Below, in pieces: positions 46,511-56,352 of a stretch of DNA of 64,000 bases. How positions within the stretch are numbered: position 1 is the stretch's first letter; every line of letters begins with the position of its first letter. A model generated the notes under the pieces. The model was not told where the DNA came from. It saw only the letters and a list, made by a program, of their open reading frames with translations, and made no database searches. The stretch lies in IMG/VR virus record IMGVR_UViG_3300023184_000036. The stretch is one strand, 5' to 3'. The translations under genes were made by a program, and so were the position numbers. Source of the stretch: a virus.

Positions 46511-46945
46511 TTAAGTGTATGAAAGTTTGAAACCCTTGTTCACGAAAAGTGAAGTAGTTGCGTTAGTGCTGTTGTTACCATAGTAACCACTACCGTTACC
46601 ACCGTTACGAACAATTGCCTGAACTGCTGATGCAATACCAGCGTCAGTTGTTGCATAACCTGCTGCACCTTCAAGAAGAAGACTGATGTTACCACCACTA
46701 CCTGTTTCAATTTGGTATGCAAGAACTGTAATGTTTGCTGAAAGTGTCTTCAAGATACCTTCAACACCAAGGTTTACACCAAGTTCGTTTGTAAGATCGG
46801 TTGCTGCACCACCAGAACCTGCAATATAACCTGCAAGAGCTACTGGTTGCTTACCAATGAAACTTGCACCTGCTGCTGTGCTGATAAAGCCCTTGCCGTC
46901 ACCAACAAGACCAACGTTACCATTTACACGATAAAAATCTGCCAT
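46511..46945 (-). CDS. Probable abundant virion protein
   Basis: Gly/Ala-rich, GGAG RBS, TAAATA promoter and its own terminator. Confidence 0.6.
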   Translation of the reverse strand: MADFYRVNGNVGLVGDGKGFISTAAGASFIGKQPVALAGYIAGSGGAATDLTNELGVNLGVEGILKTLSANITVLAYQIETGSGGNISLLLEGAAGYATTDAGIASAVQAIVRNGGNGSGYYGNNSTNATTSLFVNKGFKLSYT

Positions 46946-47013
46946 TTTAATACTCCAAAATCTGCGTTTATTAATACGCTAATAGTATTTATATTACTGG
47001 AAAGAAAAGAGCT

Positions 47014-47277
47014 TTATTTGCTCTCATTTATTCGTCTTAAGCCACGAACAAATTTAGCTGGTTCTTGTGTGCGTATGCTATTCAGCAATCTACGTTCAAG
47101 TTCTTCTGCCTCTGGAGTATCATATGTTTCACGTAGTTGATTAATTAAATTAATAGCACTATTAATGATATGATTGGCACGACTTTCAAGAACGTGTCCA
47201 CTATCTTTGCCTATTGACATATGGCTTAATTCATCAAGAATACTGCGAGATTGTTTACGCAAATTACTTACTCCCAA
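47014..47277 (-). CDS. Hypothetical protein
   Basis: RSILDEL...ESRANHIINSAINL...ELERRLLNSIR; start uncertain. Confidence 0.6.
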   Translation of the reverse strand: MGVSNLRKQSRSILDELSHMSIGKDSGHVLESRANHIINSAINLINQLRETYDTPEAEELERRLLNSIRTQEPAKFVRGLRRINESK

Positions 47278-47282
47278 ATTAT

Positions 47283-48305
47283 TTAGGGATTTTTACACTT
47301 TGCAACTTTTCCACAAACATTGTCGCATTGAATTAAACGACCAGTTTCATAACTATCTTTAGTCCATGAACTTTCTACACTACTAAACCATTGTATGCAA
47401 GTTTCTAACTCATTTTCATGCAAGCTATTATGTTTTATCAATGGTTTAATTTGACGATTTAAAAATCCATTATATCCTTGATCATAGGTTAATGGATTAA
47501 AAGCCAAATAACAACAAGGATAAACTAATCCATTTGCAGCAATATAAACTGAACTATTATCTTTTGTAAAACAAGAATGTATTAATCCTTGAACATATGG
47601 TCGATGACGATATGTTTTATTTGGGTCACTTTGAAATTTTATTATATCTTCAATATCAGTAAACCCTTTGTAATTTCCTAAAATACGAACTAACTTACCA
47701 CTGCGGTCAAAAACTGGACCAGTATTTCGTCCATGATCAACTATTTCAAATCTTGCAAATCCTAGTTTTTTAGAAAGTAATTGTGCCTCTTCAATTTGAT
47801 GTTTATTATGATCAAATCTTATCATTTTCCAAGTAGCAACTCCGCCAGCATCCATATAAGTTTTTGCATTTTGAAGTATTCTGTTAAAATTGGTATCTTG
47901 CCGATATATTTCATGTGTATCTTCTAAACCATCTAGGCAAAAATCTACAATTGTATCTGAAAATTTTCCAAGTTCATGCCAAAAATCTGCGTTTCTTGCA
48001 CTACCGTTTGTGCTTATTCTTATCCCCAATGGCGAATAACACGATTTAAAATAATCTAATATTTGTAGAGATTCTAAATTAGATGTAAAATCTCCAAAAT
48101 TTCCATTAAGTAATATTCCACGTTCAAGTTGTGAAATAAATTGTGGGGAAAATGAATGTTTAATTAAATTAAGTGTTAAATTAGTTTCTTCATATCCACT
48201 ATTGTATGGATAACCAAATAAGTTTCTTGGACAAAGTGGACATCTAGCATTACATAAACTACTAAATTCCATATGTAAATGTCTGATTTCTTTTAAACTG
48301 ATCAT
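47283..48305 (-). CDS. Radical SAM protein (paralog of 32309-33157)
   Basis: CNARCPLC, NGNFGD, STNG, LDGLEDTH and YPCC motifs. Confidence 0.85.
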   Translation of the reverse strand: MISLKEIRHLHMEFSSLCNARCPLCPRNLFGYPYNSGYEETNLTLNLIKHSFSPQFISQLERGILLNGNFGDFTSNLESLQILDYFKSCYSPLGIRISTNGSARNADFWHELGKFSDTIVDFCLDGLEDTHEIYRQDTNFNRILQNAKTYMDAGGVATWKMIRFDHNKHQIEEAQLLSKKLGFARFEIVDHGRNTGPVFDRSGKLVRILGNYKGFTDIEDIIKFQSDPNKTYRHRPYVQGLIHSCFTKDNSSVYIAANGLVYPCCYLAFNPLTYDQGYNGFLNRQIKPLIKHNSLHENELETCIQWFSSVESSWTKDSYETGRLIQCDNVCGKVAKCKNP

Positions 48306-48332
48306 TTCTATATTTAAATAGTATACACAATC

Positions 48333-49616
48333 ATGAATGAAATCAAATCAAAATTAGAAAAACGTGGTAAATTTTTTTGTCCTGCAAAGTGGCAAGAATT
48401 ATATCTGTATTTGAATCATGGTAATACAAACAGTTGTTCTCATCCAATACCACACAAAATACCACAAGAAGAACTTAATGAAAGTTTGTTTGCTTTACAT
48501 AACACCAAACATAAAATGAAAGTTCAGCAACAAATGCTTAATAACGAAATCCCCGATGAGTGTCATATGTGTTGGCATTTAGAGAATAAAGGAATTATGA
48601 GTGATAGATTTGTAAGAGGCAGTCACTGGGAATCTTCTATAGACAATCTAAAAGTAGATAAAAATCATATTCCTAAATTTATAGAAGTTGTATTTGATAA
48701 TTTATGTAATTTAAGTTGCAGCTATTGTGATAGTGGTCAAAGTTCAAAATGGACAAACATTTTAGAAAAAACAGGTCCATGGGAAATAGAAACAGATGAT
48801 AGAAATTTATATAACAAAATTAACATAAAATCAGGGTTTGTAAATAAAACTTATATCGACGCTTGGAATAATTGGTGGCCGTTAATTAAAAATCAAGTTG
48901 AGTTTTTAAAAATAAGTGGCGGCGAGCCTTTAATCAGTCCCAATTTTTGGAATACCGTATACAAAGTTGATGAAAGCAATCTGAATTTAAATTTAAGTAT
49001 TAACAGTAACATGTGTTTTGATAAGAAATATATTCTTAAATTAATAGAAATTGCAAAAAATTATAAAACGATCAAAATTTCAGCAAGCATTGATGCAACT
49101 GGAAAAATAGCAGAATATACCAGAAATGGTTTAGATTATGATTTATTTTTAGAAAATATTAATTATTGGTGTGATAATAGTCCAGATAACTGTTATCTAA
49201 GTTTGCAAAGCACAGTTAATATTTTTAACATCTGGGGCATTACCGACAAGTTTGATTTGCATTTGAATTTAAAAGAAAAGTATGGAACTAAAATAAAAGA
49301 ATGTTATAGCACTATTGTTAGATTTCCAAAATTTCAAAATTTTTTATTATTACCATATAGTATCAGAAAATCTATACATGAAAAAATGTCTGCATGGTAT
49401 GAAAGTAAAATTGATAAATTTTCCGAAAAAGAAAATATTTTTATTAAAAAAACATTCCAAAATCTTCTATCGGAAAATGATGAGCATAATTTTGAAAAGA
49501 AAAAACTTTACAAGCAAGATTTAATTAAATTTGTAAAAAATTATGACAAATTTAATAAACATAAATTTGAAAATGTTTATCCAAAAGAATTTATTGATTG
49601 GTTGAATGAAGAATAA
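48333..49616 (+). CDS. Radical SAM protein with N-terminal twitch-like Cys motif
   Basis: FCPAKW, CSH, ECHMCW, CNLSCSYC and SGGEP motifs. Confidence 0.85.
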   Translation: MNEIKSKLEKRGKFFCPAKWQELYLYLNHGNTNSCSHPIPHKIPQEELNESLFALHNTKHKMKVQQQMLNNEIPDECHMCWHLENKGIMSDRFVRGSHWESSIDNLKVDKNHIPKFIEVVFDNLCNLSCSYCDSGQSSKWTNILEKTGPWEIETDDRNLYNKINIKSGFVNKTYIDAWNNWWPLIKNQVEFLKISGGEPLISPNFWNTVYKVDESNLNLNLSINSNMCFDKKYILKLIEIAKNYKTIKISASIDATGKIAEYTRNGLDYDLFLENINYWCDNSPDNCYLSLQSTVNIFNIWGITDKFDLHLNLKEKYGTKIKECYSTIVRFPKFQNFLLLPYSIRKSIHEKMSAWYESKIDKFSEKENIFIKKTFQNLLSENDEHNFEKKKLYKQDLIKFVKNYDKFNKHKFENVYPKEFIDWLNEE

Positions 49617-49685
49617 AAATTAAAAAACTCTATTTTTCAAGATAATTAATATATTATAGGCAAATTTAGGCATAAAGGGCAAACA

Positions 49686-51386
49686 ATGAAACTACCAGAA
49701 AACGCACAGGCACAATGCGAACAATTATTAAAAGAATTTAGAAGAAAAATACCAGATGATGCGGCATATAGTGATCGCCTTGTTGAAGAAATAGAAATCA
49801 TACTGGGATTACGTTTTACAGAATACTTCTTACAGGTCCGTGAAATATTAGATATGACCACTGATTTACCACACATGACTCGTGGTAGTGCAGGCAGTAG
49901 TCTTGTATGTTGGGCATTAGGAATTACAGACGTTGATCCTATAAAATGGGATATACCACTTTCACGATTCTTAAATCCACACCGTGATGATTTACCAGAC
50001 ATAGACATAGACTATCCACATTGGGCACAAACTACAGTGATGGAACGTATATTCAAACGCTGGCCAGGTAAAAGTGCACGAATTAGTAACTATGTTACAT
50101 TCAAAGAAAAAAGTGCCAAGCGTGAAGCAGCACGACGACTTGGTGCAAAAGGTAAATTACCTCGCAACTTCAAATACGATGATCTTGACATTGACATAGG
50201 GGAAGCCATACGTATTGAAAAGAAGTTGCTTGGTAAGAAACGAGCCATCAGCAAACACTGCGGTGGCATACTTGTGTTCAAGCATAATCTACCAAAAAGT
50301 CTAATAAATGCCGATAATCAAATACTGTTAGACAAACATGAAGTAGAAGACCTTGAACACTTGAAGGTTGACATACTTGCTAATCGTGGTTTAAGTCAAC
50401 TATATGAAATAGAACCAAATATGAGTTTAGAAGACTATCCTGATTATGATGAAGCAACTATAAATCTACTTTGCAATGGTGATGTATTAGGTGTAACACA
50501 AGGTGAATCACCAGCAATGCGACGATTGTTCCGTGCAATACAACCAAAGTCACGCAGTGATTGTGTATTTGCTACTGCACTTATACGTCCTGTTGCTACC
50601 ACTGGTCGCCAAAAAGCAAGTTTCTTTCATGACTGGACTGAACAACGATTAGAAGAAAGTATTGTTTATGAAGATGATGCTATCAAAAAGATAAGCAAAC
50701 TTATTGGTTGTGATATCTATGAAGCAGATATGTATCGTCGTGCATTTGCCAAAAAGAATGAAGAAAAAGTTTATGAGTTTATGCACCGCATGGGAACACA
50801 TCCTAATAAAACAGAAATTATAGACGAACTTTATCAACTTGGAAACTTTGGATTATGCCGTGCACATGCTGTAAATCTTGGTAGATTGATTTGGGCGTTA
50901 GCATATCAGAAAGCGCATAACCCAAAACCATTTTGGGCAGCATATCTTAAACACTGTGAAGGCAGTTATCGTCGTTGGGTTTACAAGAATGAAGCCAAAC
51001 GTGCTGGTTGGGATTTACGTGATTTAGGTTACAATTACAGTTTACTAAACGACTCAATTTATGAATATCGCAAGTATGGATGGTGGGGAGATCAAGAGTT
51101 CTTATCAGGTTTTTATTGTTCTAATCAGTATCTGGACCGTTTTGAATTTGCTGGTCTTGTTGCTAATGGTCGTGTATTCAAAGGTGAAGGTGGAAAGTAT
51201 ATTACATTCTTGACACTTGGTGTTGGTAACGGAAAATATATTGACCTATTGGTAAAAGGTCCAGTTGCATATCATGATTATGATGTTGTATGCGGAGTAG
51301 GCAAAGTTAAAACAAGCAATGGCAGTCAATATATTGAATGTCAAAATGTGCGGACATTAAAATTGGAAAAATTTATTTCTGCTTAA
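49686..51386 (+). CDS. Truncated DNA polymerase III alpha (DnaE)-like protein lacking the PHP domain
   Basis: RGSAGSSLV, RFLNPHRDDLPDIDID, SKHCGGI, KVDIL, LIRP and AHA motifs; OB-like C-terminus. Confidence 0.85.
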   Translation: MKLPENAQAQCEQLLKEFRRKIPDDAAYSDRLVEEIEIILGLRFTEYFLQVREILDMTTDLPHMTRGSAGSSLVCWALGITDVDPIKWDIPLSRFLNPHRDDLPDIDIDYPHWAQTTVMERIFKRWPGKSARISNYVTFKEKSAKREAARRLGAKGKLPRNFKYDDLDIDIGEAIRIEKKLLGKKRAISKHCGGILVFKHNLPKSLINADNQILLDKHEVEDLEHLKVDILANRGLSQLYEIEPNMSLEDYPDYDEATINLLCNGDVLGVTQGESPAMRRLFRAIQPKSRSDCVFATALIRPVATTGRQKASFFHDWTEQRLEESIVYEDDAIKKISKLIGCDIYEADMYRRAFAKKNEEKVYEFMHRMGTHPNKTEIIDELYQLGNFGLCRAHAVNLGRLIWALAYQKAHNPKPFWAAYLKHCEGSYRRWVYKNEAKRAGWDLRDLGYNYSLLNDSIYEYRKYGWWGDQEFLSGFYCSNQYLDRFEFAGLVANGRVFKGEGGKYITFLTLGVGNGKYIDLLVKGPVAYHDYDVVCGVGKVKTSNGSQYIECQNVRTLKLEKFISA

Positions 51387-52776
51387 GATTATTAAGCATT
51401 TGTCGTAGCGCACTGCTGTTTACATCAGCCTGTATTTTACCAGGTTGATCTTCTACCACTGCTTCTGTTGATGGCTTAACATTGCTACCACCTTTAATGC
51501 TTGCAAAGATACTACTGCTTTGTTTCTTAAATTGTTGATAATCTGGATCTTCTGCAAGGTCACGAATACGCAAACTATCAATATCAAATTCTAATTCAAT
51601 CTTTTGCCCAACACCACTACTACTACGTGTTTTCATAAGTTGTAGTTGATACTTGCCATGTTCACGCATACTACGACTTGTAAAGATACCAAATAGATTA
51701 TCTGCGGTATTGATCTTACTGATACCACCACTGATATGACTATGGTCAAATTCTACTTCTTCCACAGATGCACGGTTTAACTGTGATGCTGTGACTAATA
51801 GAATATCTAATTCTTTTGCAAAGTTACGAATTTCTTCACTGACATACTTGTCTTTAACAAACAGATCACTTGGGCTAACCTTTGCACTAACAGGCATAAG
51901 CAAGTCAAGATAATCAATCATAACAAAGTCAACATGACGACCAGTTCGTATTTGTAATTCTTTAATATAAGCACGAACATCGTTGATATTGCTTTGTGCT
52001 GGCATATACTTGATTTGCAAGCGACCACTTTTCTTGCCAAGCATCTTAACTTTAACTTCAATATCTTCAATGCTTTTAAAGATATCACGTGACGGTGTAT
52101 TGGTAAGCATACCATCAATACGCATGGCAGTAAGTTCTTCACTCAATTCAAGTGTAATGTATACACCATTAAGACCTGCCAATATCCAATTACAAGCAAT
52201 GTTCTGCATGAACAGTGATTTACCACTACCAGAACCGCCAGCAAAGATATTCAATTCACCACGATTAAATCCACCAAACAGCTTCTTGTCAAGTGTGGTC
52301 CATCCACTACTTGTTTGACCGTTATTATCTTTAATTTTATTCAATCGTGCAATAGGATCAAGAAAGTAGTCAGTGCCAAGGTCTTTGGTTAAACTAATCT
52401 GCACTGCATCTTTAATAATCTTTTCAACAGGATCAAAATCACCCTTTTCCAACATATCTGCGGCTTTTAGAATTGCACGTTCTAATTCTTTTTGTTTAGT
52501 AAAACCTTCAAATTCTTCCAAGAACCAACCAGTATGGTCATCAGTCATACCAGGTATGGGTTGGAAAGTATTACTGGTGGCAGCATTAATCTGTTCTACC
52601 AATGGCATAATAGTATGCTTGTCACAATGTTCTTTGATAAACTTTGCCGCACTCTGCAAACTACGGTCAAAGTTGTTTGGATTGAAAATGTTTTGGACAC
52701 GCACATAACTTTGTGGGTCACTTAACATCATTTCAATGAATAGTTTTTGAACTTGTGAGTCGTAGTTTTTAGACAT
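51373..52776 (-). CDS. Replicative DnaB/gp41-type helicase
   Basis: GGSGSGKS, TLELSE, IDYLDL, TASQLNR and MKTR motifs. Confidence 0.92.
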   Translation of the reverse strand: MSKNYDSQVQKLFIEMMLSDPQSYVRVQNIFNPNNFDRSLQSAAKFIKEHCDKHTIMPLVEQINAATSNTFQPIPGMTDDHTGWFLEEFEGFTKQKELERAILKAADMLEKGDFDPVEKIIKDAVQISLTKDLGTDYFLDPIARLNKIKDNNGQTSSGWTTLDKKLFGGFNRGELNIFAGGSGSGKSLFMQNIACNWILAGLNGVYITLELSEELTAMRIDGMLTNTPSRDIFKSIEDIEVKVKMLGKKSGRLQIKYMPAQSNINDVRAYIKELQIRTGRHVDFVMIDYLDLLMPVSAKVSPSDLFVKDKYVSEEIRNFAKELDILLVTASQLNRASVEEVEFDHSHISGGISKINTADNLFGIFTSRSMREHGKYQLQLMKTRSSSGVGQKIELEFDIDSLRIRDLAEDPDYQQFKKQSSSIFASIKGGSNVKPSTEAVVEDQPGKIQADVNSSALRQMLNNLKQK

Positions 52777-52806
52777 ATTGGGCTATTATACACTTTATAG
52801 TTTAAA

Positions 52807-53361
52807 TTACAAATTAAAAAATTTACGATTTTTTCCCCACCATTTGTTATATTCTTCTTCTATACTGTCATCAGCAATTAAAGAAAAATAAATTTTTATA
52901 GTATTTTTAAAACTATTATAAGAAAAAAATATATCTTGATTGATTGGTATAATATCATTTAGTTGAAAAACATTATTCCATCGTTTAACATCAATTAAAT
53001 TACGTTTTGTAAAGGGAATATTATGAATTGTTTGCAATCTATAAAGTAATTCTTTTTCATACCCTACTGAATTAATATAAAACATTTTACTGTTTTCAAA
53101 AATATTTTTAAGTTTAGGATGAAAATAATGTGCTGACATACAGTAAGTAACTTTATCATTATAAATTAAATTTTCATCATTTAACAAACTTTGACAATAA
53201 TCCTTAAATGCAAAAAATTTACCATCTACTTGTATTTTATTGTCAAAATAGTTTATTTTTGTTAACTCATTATAATACAGTTTATTAATACATAAAGTTA
53301 AAAAATCTCCACCTCCACCCCCAGAATGAAATAAGATAAATTTATTTTTATTAAAGCCCAT
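52807..53361 (-). CDS. Low-GC hypothetical protein with N-terminal Gly-loop
   Basis: FHSGGGGGDFL. Confidence 0.55.
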   Translation of the reverse strand: MGFNKNKFILFHSGGGGGDFLTLCINKLYYNELTKINYFDNKIQVDGKFFAFKDYCQSLLNDENLIYNDKVTYCMSAHYFHPKLKNIFENSKMFYINSVGYEKELLYRLQTIHNIPFTKRNLIDVKRWNNVFQLNDIIPINQDIFFSYNSFKNTIKIYFSLIADDSIEEEYNKWWGKNRKFFNL

Positions 53362-53374
53362 TACAATCTCTATT

Positions 53375-54133
53375 TTAAATACTTTGATTATAAGTAAAAT
53401 ATTTTACATTGATATCATAAAAACGTTTATATAAAATTTCTACTTTATTCTTATCTACTTGAATATCAAATTTTTCTAATATTTCTTGCAAATTTTTTAA
53501 AAATTTATCATAAGAAAAAAAATTTTCAAAGTAAAAAACTATATCAGTATCTTCAATATTAACACTTTCAGAAAGATTATAATAATACTCTGTTATTTTT
53601 TTACTATTTTTTTCTAAAATTAAATGTTTTCTTTTTTTATTTTTTTCTAGGTCACTAATTTTTTTGTAGCTATATATTGCATTTTCATTGACTGATTCTT
53701 TAATTTTATCTCCCATTATTTTACTAACAATATCTAATGACTCTTTTTTAAAAAGAATAAAAATTTTATTTGTATGGGGGAAAACTTCTCTTATTTCATT
53801 TATACCTACAAAAGTGGCAATTCTTTGAGGGGGTTGAAATATTTTTTCATTTTTAACTTTGACATCAATGTTTTTATTTAAAAAGCTATCTTTGTCTTCA
53901 CGGGTTTTTATTTCTATCCATGCATTAATATCATCGTCACCATGAAAATTATTCAAGACAAAAATTATATTTTTATGGGCAGCATTGTTTTGATCAAAAA
54001 TATCGAAAGAATCCTCAAAATATTTTGTAAATTTATCTGATAAAATTAATATATGATATAAAAAACTACCAAATGTTCCTGGTGTATAAAATATAAAAAA
54101 CATTTGTTTTTTTAATTCTTCTAAATCAATCAA
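53375..54133 (-). CDS. Low-GC hypothetical protein with N-terminal Gly-loop
   Basis: FYTPGTFGSFL. Confidence 0.55.
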   Translation of the reverse strand: MIDLEELKKQMFFIFYTPGTFGSFLYHILILSDKFTKYFEDSFDIFDQNNAAHKNIIFVLNNFHGDDDINAWIEIKTREDKDSFLNKNIDVKVKNEKIFQPPQRIATFVGINEIREVFPHTNKIFILFKKESLDIVSKIMGDKIKESVNENAIYSYKKISDLEKNKKRKHLILEKNSKKITEYYYNLSESVNIEDTDIVFYFENFFSYDKFLKNLQEILEKFDIQVDKNKVEILYKRFYDINVKYFTYNQSI

Positions 54134-55131
54134 TCAAACCACCGTTTTGTTTGTAATTTAATTTTTAAACTACTATTTTCTACACTTTGTAAAATACTTT
54201 TCATAGTGAAGGTATGACCATACTTAGCAACACTGTCTGCAACATCTTTAATACCATCACCCCAATCTGGAAATGCTACTCCCCAACCATACTTTAGCGC
54301 AGCATTAACCATTGCGTGGCCAGCTTTGTCACGATCAGGAACAACAATGATATCACGATCAAGTGTTTCAATAACATCGGCTTGCGTGTCATTGATTTCA
54401 TTACTACAAATTGCAAGTGCACCAATAGCAACTGCATCAAGCAATCCTTCAACAACAATACAAAACTTTGCGTTTTTAAGTTGTTTATCATATCCCCATA
54501 TCATATTACTTGGATAGTTGGAAAAATATTTTATCTTCTTCTTACCATCTTCAAATAATCTACCACTGAAACCCATGGGTTTATTGTTCCAAGTAAATGG
54601 AACTAACACACGGTTGCGCAATGACGCATCATCTGTCCAATGAAACTCATGCAACTTATCACCAAAACCACGAGCATCAAGATAACGAATAGCGGTTTCC
54701 AAACTGTTATAATCTTCTTCATTGATATATCCATCATTTAACCAACTTGTAATAGGACGACCAGGACAAGGATCACGTGGTTCATAGGTAGGTAACTCAC
54801 GTGTTTCAACTACAACTGGTTCTGCGGTCTCTTGGCTGATAGCAAATAGCGCAAGACGACCTACAAGGTCTTCACCCATACCAAGCCAGTTCATCCAACG
54901 CCGCATTTTATAACTTAAACGACGACCTGGCTGCCAACTACAAGTATAGTGACAATTGAAACAATGATAATTGATACCGCCTTCTAGTGTTTGGTGAACA
55001 CCACCACGACCACGAGTATCGGACTCGTGTCCCAAATGCTGACAGCATGGCGCATTAAAGCTAATCCACCCACTTGGGGTAGATTTCTTCTTCCATGGCA
55101 AATGGTTCAGTATTTGGTTGGTAATTTCCAT
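54130..55131 (-). CDS. DNA primase (DnaG-type, zinc finger plus TOPRIM)
   Basis: PCC...HCFNC, YLDARG, VEGLLDA, PDRDKAG and KD motifs. Confidence 0.88.
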   Translation of the reverse strand: MEITNQILNHLPWKKKSTPSGWISFNAPCCQHLGHESDTRGRGGVHQTLEGGINYHCFNCHYTCSWQPGRRLSYKMRRWMNWLGMGEDLVGRLALFAISQETAEPVVVETRELPTYEPRDPCPGRPITSWLNDGYINEEDYNSLETAIRYLDARGFGDKLHEFHWTDDASLRNRVLVPFTWNNKPMGFSGRLFEDGKKKIKYFSNYPSNMIWGYDKQLKNAKFCIVVEGLLDAVAIGALAICSNEINDTQADVIETLDRDIIVVPDRDKAGHAMVNAALKYGWGVAFPDWGDGIKDVADSVAKYGHTFTMKSILQSVENSSLKIKLQTKRWFD

Positions 55132-55162
55132 TTAAGTAATATAACAGATTTATGGCAATCTG

Positions 55163-55951
55163 TCAAGGACGATAATAAATGTAATTCATCTGACCGCTAA
55201 TTTGACTTACTTTAAATCTTACAGCACGATATTTGCCTTGGAAATTAAAATAATTACTACCACTGACATTTGCACAATTAGCATAACTTATAGTTGTAAA
55301 ACTGTTAGAATCAACCACACTCTTTGCATCCATACTTGCTTGTAACTGAATATTGCCAGTAAAAGCATTAGAATTATATTGCACAGTCTGATATACGGCA
55401 CTACCACGAACATAATTTGCGGTCAGGAAGCTACTACTGTATGCAACATTTACATAATTTGTATCACTGTTATTGCTGTATGTAAAGTTGTTAGCACTAT
55501 AGCTTGGTGTAAACTGTGGATATACTGAATCTTGTATTCTTGCTTGACCTTGTGCCTGATAGTTGTCATCGCTATAAACAATTTCTTGTTCACCTTCACC
55601 ATTTGTGGCAACAATACTATAATTATATAATCCTGCATTTATATTGTCAAGCAAACTGCCTTCAATAAGACAAGTTGCTACACCATCACGTGTATAAACA
55701 AGGTCAAGATTACGTGAAAACACTAATTCTTTTGTAGTGCTATCAATTAAATTAAATAAAACTGTGCTTTGTAAAAGGCTCACAGGTTTTTGATCATTAT
55801 TTTTAATAACGAACTTAAATCTATTATCTACACCTTTATAGATTTGTAATGGCTTGGCGTAAAACAACTGATTCTCCCTGTGTAATGCAAGGTCGCTGTT
55901 CTTTACAACAGTTATAATTTGTTGATATAAATAACCTGAAATTTGCTGCAA
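55163..55951 (-). CDS. Hypothetical virion protein
   Basis: IYKGVDN...KNNDQKP and FTGNIQLQAS...FNFQGKY.AVRF; TAAATA upstream. Confidence 0.55.
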   Translation of the reverse strand: MQQISGYLYQQIITVVKNSDLALHRENQLFYAKPLQIYKGVDNRFKFVIKNNDQKPVSLLQSTVLFNLIDSTTKELVFSRNLDLVYTRDGVATCLIEGSLLDNINAGLYNYSIVATNGEGEQEIVYSDDNYQAQGQARIQDSVYPQFTPSYSANNFTYSNNSDTNYVNVAYSSSFLTANYVRGSAVYQTVQYNSNAFTGNIQLQASMDAKSVVDSNSFTTISYANCANVSGSNYFNFQGKYRAVRFKVSQISGQMNYIYYRP

Positions 55952-55977
55952 CTAATGGACCCTTTTTAATATTTATT

Positions 55978-56352
55978 ATGAGTTTTTCACTGGAACAAAT
56001 GCTTGAACAATATCCGTTCTTAAGTTATATAAAATACCCCACTGCGGATTTTATTGGAATTATTCAAAATTTTGATGGAGATATTGTTTCAATGTATGCC
56101 TTTAACAAATTAAAAACCGAAGATGATAAACGTGGATTTCTTGAAGCAGCAGAAATATGGTGGTGGGAAAGTAATCGGTTAATACCGATCAATATATTCT
56201 TAAAACATGGTTGGGACAAATATCGTTACAGCACAGTAACACTAACTACAAAAGATATAAGAGAACAATGTGGACATATTGTAAGCATTGCTAAACTTGC
56301 AGAACGCAGAACAAAACGTAGAGTTGTACAGTTAGTTAAACGACTAGGTTAA
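55978..56352 (+). CDS. Hypothetical phage protein
   Basis: YPFLS...GIIQN...WWWESNRLIPINIFL. Confidence 0.7.
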   Translation: MSFSLEQMLEQYPFLSYIKYPTADFIGIIQNFDGDIVSMYAFNKLKTEDDKRGFLEAAEIWWWESNRLIPINIFLKHGWDKYRYSTVTLTTKDIREQCGHIVSIAKLAERRTKRRVVQLVKRLG

